The position numbers were made by a program, and so were the translations under genes. From Spizellomyces punctatus DAOM BR117 (Eukaryota): 64,000 nucleotides of DNA. Where the stretch lies: NCBI GenBank assembly GCA_000182565.2, contig KQ257450.1, one strand, 5' to 3'. The notes under the pieces were generated by a model. It was not told the DNA's origin. It ran no database searches and saw nothing but the letters and a program-made list of their open reading frames with translations. Position 1 is the first letter of the stretch. Each line of letters begins with the position of its first letter. Below, in pieces: positions 45,363 through 56,800 of this stretch.

Positions 45363-46577
45363 ATGGTGACTAGTACGACGAAGATCCTGGACACTCGGCC
45401 GACCGTCGCTGTTTGCGGTGTCGGCTACGTAGGAGTGCACCTAGTCGAAACTTTTGCAAAAGCCTTCCGTGTCGTCGCTTTTGATATTAGTGAAGCACGA
45501 TGCGAGACGTTGCGCCGGCAGTTCAAAGGACAAGCCAACATCCATGTCACCTCCGATCCCTCTCATATGGCTGGGTTTGACCTGTGCTGTATTTCTGTTC
45601 CGACCCTCCTACTGAAGGACAAGACCGGCATTGACGCTAGCTACGTGGCCAAAGCTGTGAAGACGGTATCAAAGTATGCAAAGCAAGGATCAACGATCGT
45701 GATGGAAAGTTCGGTCACCGTCGGCATGACCCGCAAGTACTTGGGTCACCTCCGACAAGAGGGTGTCTTTGTCGGATTCAGCCCTGAACGTGTTGACCCT
45801 GGGCGAACTTTCCCGGCCTGCGACGAGATCCCCAAGGTTATCTCGGGTATCGACGAAGAGTCTGTGCGCATGGTGGGCGCCTTCTACATGGAGGTGTTCC
45901 AAACAGTTGTGCCGGTATCCACAATGGAGACAGCGGAAATGTGCAAACTATACGAAAACTGCTTCCGAATGATCAACATTGCATACGTTAACGAAATTGC
46001 CGACGAATGCGCGAAACATGGCATCGACCCGCACGAAATGATTGACGCGTCCGCCACCAAACCGTTTGGCTTCATGCCTTTCCGTCCTGGACTTGGTGTG
46101 GGCGGCCATTGCATTCCCGTCAACCCCTGGTATTTGTTCACCAACAATGACCTCCCTCTGCTCCAACAAGCAACACTTGCAAGCGCTGAGCGTCCGGCAC
46201 GCAAAGCTCGCGAGCTGTACGACGAGTACGATCCCAAACGTGTTCTCGTCATTGGCATGGCGTTCAAACCTGGACAGTCGGTCATTTCCTACTCTCCTCA
46301 GGAGATGTTTGTACGAGAGTTACAAAAATTGGGAGTGGAAGTCTTCTTTTATGATCCTCTTGTGGAACAAAGCCAAATACCCTACTGCACCAAGCTTTCT
46401 TCCGCTGACTTCACAGAGTCATTCCTAGAGGACGAATTCGACGTTGTGGCTGTTACGATGCCTCAGCACAAGGTTGACTTTTCGGTTCTGGACGGTCTCT
46501 ATAAAACCGAAGTCAAGTGGTATTGCTGCCCGGTGACTCCAGCCAAGATGGATGAACAAGTCAGCGCCAGCGCATGA
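45363..46577 (+). CDS. UDP-N-acetylhexosamine 6-dehydrogenase (nucleotide-sugar dehydrogenase; WbpA/TviB/WecC-like)
   Basis: Intronless ORF. VCGVGYVG Rossmann motif, ISVPT, MESSV, FSPERVDPG, AEMCKLYENCFRMINIAYVNE, PGLGVGGHCIPVNP, GMAFKP. Confidence 0.93.
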   Translation: MVTSTTKILDTRPTVAVCGVGYVGVHLVETFAKAFRVVAFDISEARCETLRRQFKGQANIHVTSDPSHMAGFDLCCISVPTLLLKDKTGIDASYVAKAVKTVSKYAKQGSTIVMESSVTVGMTRKYLGHLRQEGVFVGFSPERVDPGRTFPACDEIPKVISGIDEESVRMVGAFYMEVFQTVVPVSTMETAEMCKLYENCFRMINIAYVNEIADECAKHGIDPHEMIDASATKPFGFMPFRPGLGVGGHCIPVNPWYLFTNNDLPLLQQATLASAERPARKARELYDEYDPKRVLVIGMAFKPGQSVISYSPQEMFVRELQKLGVEVFFYDPLVEQSQIPYCTKLSSADFTESFLEDEFDVVAVTMPQHKVDFSVLDGLYKTEVKWYCCPVTPAKMDEQVSASA

Positions 46578-47539
46578 CTTTCGCTCTAGCTTGTGCTTTT
46601 TAATTGTTGGACATATTGGAGATTGTTTTATGTTTTTTTTTTTATGACTTTATGTTGATCCGTATATACTTATATTCTCAATTCATCAATAAATCAATTG
46701 CAAAATATAAATTCGTCCTCTTGGAGGAAGTCCGATCCTCGTCTTGTTCAACCACTTGCTGACGAGAGATGGATCTTGGAAGCATGGCCGAAATGGGAGA
46801 CAGTGATCGAATGAACTTAATCAGGAACAAAATTCCTTTTTAGTTAACTTTTAGTCCCTGACGTTAGGGATACAAAATTAACCTAAATCTCGGATTTCGG
46901 GTGGAAGTTCCACAAAAAAACTTTTCGGATGCGCCCATTCCTCGCGTGAGGAAAAGCGCGCGGCTTTATTTCTCTAACTTTAATTTTGCCGACATTGAAT
47001 TTCATTCGTGGCGTTTGCATCTGAACTCGCGATCGATGTAAACACGTGCTGAAACGGAGATGTGTGAAGTTGGGTTGGTGTTGGCCCAGGAAGCTGAGGT
47101 GCGGATTGGATGATCTATCTGCCAACAGATGTGCACGACATGTACAAGCGATCAATAGTTGTTCGTTTCTGGACGTAACACTCTGTTGTAGAAAAGAAAC
47201 AGCCGACGGTTGATGGCCCACGGATGGATCCGGTCACTGATCGCGTTGTATTGCCACTCTAGGACGGAAGACGGAAATTTAAGCAAGAAAAAGTTTGACG
47301 GTCGTTGTTTTGACGTTGCTTTTGTTTTTTTTTGTTTGTTAAACCCCCGTAATCGATGTTGGAGTAGAAATGCGGCCTTTGTGCGCCCGTGCTTGAATCA
47401 ACGTGGGACACACCGTCATGTATGGAGGGTTGTTTGCCAACGTGCCGAGAGTGCCGTATTCATGAATACGATCGCAGAGATTTCCTAGTCCATTCTGGGC
47501 CGTCCTGAACGGCGAGCGGTCTAGAAATTTGGAATGAAT

Positions 47540-48014
47540 ACAGTGGATTTCAAGTGACAAAAGCGGCCTACTTTGTTTAGATTCGAAGGAGAACGTTCTG
47601 GACCACAGTAGACGCTCTTGGTTTCCCACCGTCTCAACCGGGGTGTGAACCTGCCAGTGTCGTGGGCCAGCGGCGGAAGCATTGGGAGAGGACTTTGGGT
47701 ACAGTCGTTTCTGCTCCGGGCGACACATTGGTATCCATCGAATAGCAAAAGCTACTAGATGGATGGAAACTGTTTAATCCAAGACGAGACTGGGACGATC
47801 TCAATAATCAACTTCAGTGGAGTCTTGGGTGTTCCCAAACGATACGGTCGATCGAGTTAACCAAACATGGTGCTACGACTCAACATGGTGTGATGAATCA
47901 CTTACACGCGGTTTTGTTTATCTACTGTACGGAAACTTTGAAGACGGCGGTCTAGTGTTTCTTGAGATGATGATCATAGTCAAATTTAAGCCAGGCGACA
48001 TTATGAAAGAGTGA
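47540..48014 (+). pseudogene. Frameshifted relic resembling a TET/JBP-like 2OG-Fe(II) dioxygenase
   Basis: GFVYLLYGNFEDGGLVFLEMMIIVKFKPGDI, preceded in an adjacent frame by ...HGATTQHG (possible HxD region). Truncated before the distal His/Arg. Confidence 0.35.
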
Positions 48015-49092
48015 TAGCTAGGTTTGTCGCCTGCCTTCACTTTAACTATGGTCTTGATCTCAGCATACTAAGTCGCCGTCTCCGAAAGTCTCCGTAGACA
48101 ATAAGCCCTTGTATATCACACCATGAGTGAAGTCAACCACATGCCAATGTCCGCGTGCAAACTGCCCTAACCCTTCCTTACAAATATCTTGACATCAGTA
48201 CCATTTACACGATGGAATTTCGCATATGTTTGACTAGATATCATTTTCATCTGCTCCAGAGGGTATGACTCTACCGCTTTTGGATTAAGCTTGGGGATGA
48301 CCTTGAACTTCAATGTCACTCTTCACAATCAACTCTGTGGTGTTTGCTCGCAATTTTGGCAGCTCAGTCTAGTCATCTCCAAGAGACAGGAAATCAAGCA
48401 TCGTCCTGTCTTTGAACGCTTCTTCCCGTATGTCATCAGAGACGAACACACTTACGTAATTTTACGTCTTTTCACCGACAGCCTTGCATCTCAGCATCTA
48501 TCCCATGACATATAGGCTCAACTCTGTAAATTTATGAGAGTCGGAGCCTTCCGCGCATTTTTCAGTTAAGGACACTCTGCCGATATTCGAATACACCCAT
48601 TTCTTTACTGAAGATGATGACAGGAAGGCAGCTGGTTCGGACCTCTCTCGGGATCGAAAGTGGGGGCAGAAAATACGCCGTTGTAGTAGTGGAGGCACAT
48701 CGAAAACCAGGACCAGTTCACAAGAACTCCCTTGTTTGCATCGCCTTTGCATCGCCGAAGCGGCGTTCAAACTCGATCGCATGCTGATATGCTGCAATGG
48801 CAATGAAAAGGACTTTTTGGTGTACGCAGGATTGGTGGACGAAAGCAGTATCCACTTTTATTCAATACGACCCTGTCGCAGCAGCCAAGGATCACGCTAG
48901 TACCGTGTAATGGCGGGTACCCTCTCCTTCAACCTAACGGCTGATCATTTGAAGGACAGAATGGCAGCGGTAAATCCTCCATATCCATGCAAATTGCTAG
49001 ATGAATTATACTATATGATCAAATAATCTAAAAGACAATACATAGTATAAGCCAATCACTAACCAACAATATCTATGTATCACAATTATATT

Positions 49093-50214
49093 CTAGCCTA
49101 CAAATTCCTTCTTACGCTCCACAGCTACCCGTTCAACGCACACCTCCCACAAGATGCTCTCCAACGCAGCCTTCTTCTCCCCAGTGGCATTCCTGACCTC
49201 CTCCGCGACGACCGCTACTCCGGCCTTGCTGGCAGCAGCCAAGACTCTGACAACATCCCACTGCCGAAATTTGATTGCATGCCTTATGGCAAAATTGTCC
49301 ATAGCATCCACATTCGCTCCTTTGGCAATAAGCAACTGGACGACATGAATGTGTCCCCGCATACTGCTCCATCGAAGTGGGTAATCGTCGGCAGTATGAA
49401 TGTCCGCGCCATGCTGAAGCAGTATGGCACATATACGTTCGTGACCGTGTTCGCAAGCCCAATTCAGTGCAAAGTTATCACGTATTTGAATGTTGCATTT
49501 GCGTTGAAGAAGGGTGCGGACGAGATCAAGGTGACCTCCGCGTGAGGCATAACATAGAGCATATCCATCTTGTGCATCCACATCTGCTCCTGCTTCAATC
49601 AACAATTTCGCACATTCCAGGTGCCCGTATTTAGCCGCCATACAAAACGCCGTACTATCCTCCGCAGTAGGATCCGCACCACCAGCGACCAACTGTCTCA
49701 CCATCTCTGTATGACCGTATACGCAAGCCTGGATCAACGCCGTATTCACGTCTCGCAAGGACATTAGCGGTAGCAAACTCTTCATCAGCACTGTTGCGCC
49801 ATTACTTCCAGCAAAATCGGACGCAACAGACACAAATATGGGATCTGCCAGAGAGAACCTCACGATGGCCACCCCAATCTTTTCGTTAAACATTCTATCT
49901 CCAACTAAACTGTCCCATCTCTCTTTGCGATGGAAGAGGTCGAGGTGCAGTGGTACCAGGGACCGGTATGAATCGGTTGTAACAAGACGGGAGAGGGAAG
50001 TGAGCCGATGACGGTAGAGAAGAGTACATACTTTGACAAAATCGGTGCAGCTATGAAGCTAATAAGACCTCGAGCCTGAACGTCAACGACAGTGATACGC
50101 GACGCACCTAATGTCCCAAAATTTTCGACAAGTGCGTCCCAGCTCACGATTCTGAGCGTACAGATACACAACCTCTTGGAGTTCTCTCGGGAGACTGAAA
50201 ATACCTGATGCCAT
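49093..50214 (-). CDS. F-box-like / ankyrin-repeat protein, 2 exons
   Basis: Exon 1 MASGIFSLPRELQEVVYLYAQNRELGRTCRKFWDI. A phase-2 intron (~50107-50051) joins it in frame to ~6 ANK repeats (ALIQACVYGHTEMVRQLVAGGAD; AAKYGHLECAKLLIEAGAD). Confidence 0.88.
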
Positions 50215-50487
50215 ATGGAGATAGCGTCAAGTCGGAGGGCAAGGTCTACGGTGGAATTTTGGGTTTTGGTTTGTTGGTTTCTGGAAATTTATTTGCGGGT
50301 TGAGGCGTTTCACCTTTGACACCTAGAATACACGATTTGATCACAAGCATTGCTGCTCGTCTGGCCTTGCAGAATGTGATAGATGCTTCCCAAAAATTGA
50401 TGATTTATATTCCGGTATAGATGATATGTCCTATGAATGAGGGTCTATACTCGATACACGATACAGTCTTATGCTAGAGATCTCAAT

Positions 50488-51443
50488 CTAGAGTTCGTCC
50501 CTCAGCTCCTGCTTTTCAAGTTCATGACTTGGCAACGTCAGCATTTTGTATCGCAACTTTGCAACATTGGCAAATAGACCTAAACGTCCTGTGGGAGGTT
50601 GTTTGGGCGTCCAGTTTTCAGGAAAGCGCTCGTGTAAGAGCAGCTCACGAGCTGTCTCAATTGGGATTTTTTGCTCTTTTCCCCCAAACGTCTTTTAGAG
50701 CATCGAGTTAGTTTTACATTTATGCATTAGTGAAAGAGTATCATGCCTACCTCGATCAACAAGACAGCCTCTCCTGATGCCAGAAGGTACTGCCAAGCAC
50801 CATATGTTAAGTTTTTGTTAGTTGCTTGGGATTGCCGGTATCGTAGCCGACGAAGTTTAGCCATATCATCATAATCGATTGTCTTGCCGTCTTTGCTGAA
50901 CGCCAAGAGTTGTTCCTACAGGAGATTCTAATAAGATTTATCCTGCAGCGGGTACTGGAGCAAAATGAAATTTCAATGTACCACTAGAGTTTCATTCACA
51001 GCCGAGTTATCACCGACACCGCTGTCTGACCTCGTCAGCGACGCATCATGTTCAATGAGATTGTGTTCGTTCAACATATCCAGATCCAGAACCTTGCCGC
51101 TTGGCGTTTCTCGGCCTGTCATACCCATGGTGATGCTCACCAGGCGGTTGGCTATGCCAGTGTCGATACCAGCTTTCAAAAGGCCTGATGTGAGGGTGGT
51201 GGGGTCAATGTCGCGGCCAGAATGGGGCCTGATGCAAGAAGAATGGCACAACTCAGTTCTCCGCAACTGGGTAAGCTGGACATGAGGACATACTTACAGA
51301 ATATCATGATTTGCCAATGCGTTCAAAAGTGGGCAAGGGGACCTTGCATCTGTTTTCCCAGCAGGTTTCCATTGCGGATGGGCGGTGGTGGACGTCATTG
51401 CCAAGAACCCGATACATAGACTGAGGATGGTAAAGCGGACCAT
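50488..51443 (-). CDS. Heme-thiolate peroxidase (short unspecific peroxygenase / chloroperoxidase family), 4 exons, C-terminal RDEL
   Basis: Signal peptide MVRFTILSLCIGFLAM; RSPCPLLNALANH (proximal Cys); IEHDASLTRSD; last exon ERFPENW...QELRDEL*. Confidence 0.92.
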
Positions 51444-52079
51444 GCCTTTAAATATTATCAAAATGAAAGAGGTACTTGAAACCAAGATAGGCTGATGAGG
51501 AAGAAGATGGTAGCCTTTATAACAGAGTCAGAATGAAACACTTGGTCCGTTGGTGTCGAAGATTGCTTTGCTTGTTTGAGACAGCCCTCTTCCCTTTAAA
51601 TCCCTGGCGATAAACATTGTCACGGAGCCTGCGACGGACAATGCGCTGGACAATTCACCGCGACTTGGGTTACATAACAGGAATTTAGCCGAAACTTTGG
51701 ATTGACAGTATGCCATACTGCGACTAACCAGCACTTTGCAGATGCGCCGATGCGGCATGCAGAATGCCGCGTATGCTGACGAAACATGAATCACGTAGAT
51801 GCTTAGGGCGATGAATGCGGGCAAGGAGCACTCCGCTGATGTGAATACATGATCCGACCGCCTCCGGTCCTGCTGCAATTGCGTCAACAGATATGTACGT
51901 CTTGGGTTACGGGTAATATACGTCCTGTTTATATGGAGTAGAGGGCAAGTGGAGAGCGAGGCATCCTGTTCCCGCATATTGCTCTAAAAAAATCACCAAG
52001 AACGCGACTACAGAAGTGTTATTTAGAAATCTATTTACACTGGACGTAATAGGCTCAGTAATAGGCATCACATAGGCCT

Positions 52080-52652
52080 TCAACAATCCATCTTGAAATT
52101 CACCCCAACTCTAATAACGCCCACAGTCAACTCCCGACTCCATGTATCTTTTCCAGTCCATTCACTTGGCTCTGACGATACCCGAGCAGCTGTATTGGTT
52201 TTACTTAATCCAGTGATCAAACTATGGGTAGACCTGAGGGACAGTTGCTGAGTGGTCTTTAGAAGGTCTTGGCTGGGGAAAAAAGCTTTCTCATTGATAT
52301 TAGGCGCGATTGGCGGATCGGTAGTTTCAGTCACATCGGTTGTACTGCTGTCGTCATTAATTTGGCCCATAGACGGCTTCACAAGTGACACGAAACGGAA
52401 TCCGCCGATGCCGCCTATGGTGATAAGGAATGCCCCGGCAATAGTGTTACGACGGTTTTGGCTCCTTTGAACTAAGCCATGGCCTGTAGGGTTCCCACGA
52501 GCTAATAGCATTGGCCGTGCTCGAAGACGCTCTGCACTGTGATTCCGGATGTTCGCGAAACTCGCACTGAAAGGTAAGCCAATCGTTGAACGGCTTAATT
52601 TACGCAATATCAAGTAGTCGACAATACTTCTAACAGAACGCCTTGGGAACAT
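52080..52652 (-). CDS. Hypothetical protein with one hydrophobic segment
   Basis: 190 aa ORF with Arg-rich N-terminus and TM-like IAGAFLITIGGIGGF. No recognisable family. Confidence 0.35.
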   Translation of the reverse strand: MFPRRSVRSIVDYLILRKLSRSTIGLPFSASFANIRNHSAERLRARPMLLARGNPTGHGLVQRSQNRRNTIAGAFLITIGGIGGFRFVSLVKPSMGQINDDSSTTDVTETTDPPIAPNINEKAFFPSQDLLKTTQQLSLRSTHSLITGLSKTNTAARVSSEPSEWTGKDTWSRELTVGVIRVGVNFKMDC

Positions 52653-52976
52653 GGTTCACTTGCCAAACTATCTCGTTGCAAATTGCGCTATCCTCCAACT
52701 TTTCAGCTCAGGATTACTACGGCAGTTTACTGATTTTATACCACAAGCCATTGTAAGAGGAAAAGCGCCTCTGAATTTACTGTCAATGTCATGTATTTCG
52801 TTTTGACATATGTGTGTCTTAGTTTTCATTTCGCGTGAACTTTGACATTTCGAGCTACTAATTGCGGCGCATCGTCCATTATCTGTAATGTATCAAAGTC
52901 AATGGCTGTGGGCTACTTATTTCTAGAAAAATATTTCGATGCGGGCAAAAAAAACACCAGCAGACGGACTCCCAAC

Positions 52977-53047
52977 TGCATTGGCCGAGAATCGAACTCG
53001 GGTCTACCGCGTGGCAGGCGGTAATTATGCCACTAAACCACCAATGC
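52977..53047 (-). tRNA. tRNA-Gly (anticodon GCC)
   Basis: GCATTGG TGGTTTAGTGGCATAATT ACCGC CTGCCAC GCGGT AGAC CCGAG TTCGATT CTCGG CCAATGC A. Complete cloverleaf, with an oligo-T Pol III terminator ~20 nt downstream (52947-52955). Confidence 0.97.
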
Positions 53048-53842
53048 CGTTCTCTTTCGGAGGGACGATTGAAAGAATATATGAAATGGATATGTGCTTG
53101 TCCGTCCCGTTTGAATTCTGTTCCTTCAGCCTTATAGACTTCATTCAACTACTATTTGACTCCGTCTAGGTTCCATTGTCAATTTCCTCTCCTGCTGTAA
53201 ATTACTACAAGTCAATTGCCCGCAACGTGACAAGTTGAACCCAACGATAGGATGGAGTCTTTTGGAGGCTGGGACGGTGCTTTGCTTGGGTTTTTGCTGA
53301 ATTGATGGCGGCCAGTGGTTTAGCTACGCGGTTCTATGCCGATTCTGCAAGATATGAGCCCGTTCAAAGCGACCTCGGACGTGGTGACAACACGTCCCTC
53401 TCATAGAATGTTTGACTTCTCGTAGTGATATATTCCAGCATTATAGCGATTGGATTTCCCTTGCCAAAGATGACACTTCTAAAAAATAACTTATATTGCA
53501 GTTGGACAGGCGTTTCTTCTGTTGGGTAAGCCTATGAAGCACATAGCCAGAGTATCGTCACGTGCGCGGTTGGGGAATTAGCATTCCAAAGCCAGCTCCA
53601 AAGCATCCCACACGCACCATCCTGTCCTTGACGATCGCAAATTCTGATTCCAGACTTCTTCTACAACTTTGCTGGGCCATTGGCAAGCATTTACGACTCT
53701 GAAGTCTGTTGTAGGATCCCTCTTTCTGCGTTGTAGGCGCCTTCACACAGCCATCCGAACCCCAGTTTCTGAATTTTCCCTTGTTCAAATTGTCCGACTC
53801 TGGCAGCATACATAGTATCCTATTGCAGTACCTGCGGAAGTG

Positions 53843-56800
53843 ATGACTTCCCCTTCGGGGCAGGGGTTGTCTTTTAGCAGCATCATACTTCCTCGGTTGA
53901 AAGCTCAGTTTGAGAATTCTGGACAGGCTTCAAATTCCGTGTCCAAGTCACCCACGAACGCTGCAGCCGCTATTGAGCGAGGTAAGTCCTTTACAGTCCC
54001 CTTGGCTATAATGAACTGGGGCAGGCTCGCCGAGAATAAAACTTTGTCATTTGTCGCATGAAGCCTACCGTCTGATATTCCTCCGTATCCGATCTAGATG
54101 TACTGTTTTTGGTTGCCCGATTCCTTTCCGGCTCCAAATTAAGACGAACGTTTGATACCCTCCGTGAAGAGTTAAGTGAATTTGAACCAGGGACACCACC
54201 TTCGGAGCAGGAGTTTCTCCTTCCCACCCGAGTGGATTGGACCGGAAGACGGCATCATCAGACCTACGAGGAGCTGGTACTCTATTACTTGGATTGCTTG
54301 TGTAAGATTTGGGAATTGACAAAGTACTTGTACTTGCCGTCTTGATAGGCAAACAAAAATCCCCACATTACCGCCAGCCATCTTCCTCAACTTATTGAGC
54401 GGCTTACCGCAATCGCCGGCCAGACTTCGTGCCACTCATGGCTTGGATCGCAGAAGTCCCTGTTGGGAATAGGATTGGGATCGCTATGCACGAACCTCGA
54501 TGGCGTGCATCGTAAGTCCCCAGATGAGCGACGAAGAGATCAACCACGTGGGTATAAAGTGTAGACAGACCGCGGCCAAGATTTCATGTGTAGTGACTCT
54601 AATGCGTCCTGGTTGTATCATTCAGCACCTTTCCAGATCCGTGATATGGAACTATCTCAACTTCCGCGACCTCGAGCAGATAAGCCGTTACGCATTTTTT
54701 ATCGCCGTTTCGAAACGGTATGTCAAAAATTAGTGAAGTTGCCATTTACGATCAGTATCTGATCGCAGAATTCTTAGATGCTGACAACTCGAGGTCATAT
54801 GGCCGCCGCGTACAACCTCCTGTGGGACCGCACAGGTACCACCTTTTTTACAGTAAGTAAAAATGACCTATCATGACCGTCTTCCGGCTACTGACATTTT
54901 CCTGCCAGGGTGGCGATGATAGTTTGGTCAAAGTATGGTGCGCTCAAAGTGGGCTGCTAATGCGAACGCTTCGGGGTCACGCGACATTCCTGGAAGAAAA
55001 TGGGCAGCCAGTGGTACGCTTGACGATTTGTGAATTGATTTCAGCATTCGCAATTAATGGATCTTGTGCAGGAGCATCATTTTATTGCTGATATGGCGAT
55101 TAATGAGGAAAATACGATGCTCGCTACGGCTTCATCCGATGGAACAGTCCACGTGTGGAATGTTCAGACCTGGGACCCTGTCATCTGTTTGCAGATTGTA
55201 GGTTGCATGTCCTAACAGATCGCTATATCTGAAGACTTACTTTGACATTTACCAGCGCAAGAGCATCTCGAGAATCATGTTCTCACCATCCCCGGTGGAC
55301 GATAACCAATGTCTGATAGTAGGGTCTAAAGACGGAAAAACTCGCGTATATAGATGGATACCGCATCGGCAGACTTTTGATCCCAAGGTACAACAAAACA
55401 TTCGTCGAATGTTAGCAAACATTTTGCGATCAGCAGTAACCTTTTATGAGGTAGCCCATCATTCTTCAAACTCATGATAAGAGGATCGATCAAGTCGACA
55501 CTCTCGCATTCAACCGAACGGGAACCCGATTTGTTGTCGGAGGAACTGACGGTCTGATCTATCTATACAAGATTATACCAAAATCATGGGCACCTATCGA
55601 TCCGTTTCAACAACAGGCTCTGGCAGAAGATGGTGATGAAAGATTTACTTGCACCTTACTGAGTAGACTGGAGGCTTCTTCTTTGGATTATCAAGACAAA
55701 CCGAAGAAACAGACAAATATCTGTGTCAAAGAGCTGAAGTTTAGCCACTCCGGTGATCGCTTCATTTCGGGGTGTGCGGACGGCACGGCAATGATTTGGC
55801 AGCCAGATACCGTGACAAAAGCTTGGATTGGGCAGAAACGTAAGTTTCTCTACCGGCTGTGTTCATCATGCCGAATGACAAACTGTTTTCAATAACTGTT
55901 ACGGCCTCAGTATTGCCAGCGGAGGACCAGCAACGATCCGCGGCCCCCCAGAAAGTACCCGCAGATCGGCAAAACCATGATAGTGCAAGTGATGTGACAT
56001 CAGCAGAGCCTAGCCAGGGAGTCAATGGAGGGCCAAATGTGATGTCAAATGGAGCGCCTAACGGAATTCCATATTTGGACCCACAATCGGCTCTTGTCAA
56101 CATATCGATACCGCCCAGCGTCTCCGATAACTCTGAGGCCTCATCAGGAGCACCAGTTGTCATGGATGGCATCCCTTTAGGCGGGGGTTCTGTCAATATT
56201 GGAGTGACCGTGCAGACAAACGAGACACCGATCCCAGTGATACCACCACAGGAGGGTGTTACGGAAGTGGAAGAGATACCCGGCATTACTGCTTTGTGTT
56301 GGTCTCTTGACGACAGCAGGGTAATTACTATTATGGCCGATCGTTTGGTTCGGGTAAGTCGAATGATTATCCTGCGAGGAACGTTGTAGTTCCTAATATC
56401 CGCGACAACTATGAATGTAGGTGTGGGACTCCTATACTGGCGAGCTCCTACACACTGTGAAGGGTCATACCAATCCAGCTTGGATCCTGGATTGCCACCC
56501 AAAAGACACCCGTGTGGTTCTTAGCGCAGGACACGATGGAAAGCTCATAATCTGGGACATCATCGCTGGCCGGGAGTTGAAGAGTATGTGTGAGCAGTGG
56601 CCACTTCATCATGTATGTATAGCGAAACTAATTAGCACTTTAGGCTTCGAGTTCGACGATGCGCTACTGGAAGCCTCTTTCTCGCTCGATGGGGATACTA
56701 TAGCCGCTGTGGATTTGATTGGCCAAACGCATCTGCTTGGCGCTGGCAAAGATTCCTCGGATTATACACGGAATTATGACCAATTCTTTCCGAGCGATTT

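Noticed and set aside
55762..56502. 246 aa minus-strand ORF
   Set aside because: Antisense to low-complexity exons of the BRWD/PHIP gene.
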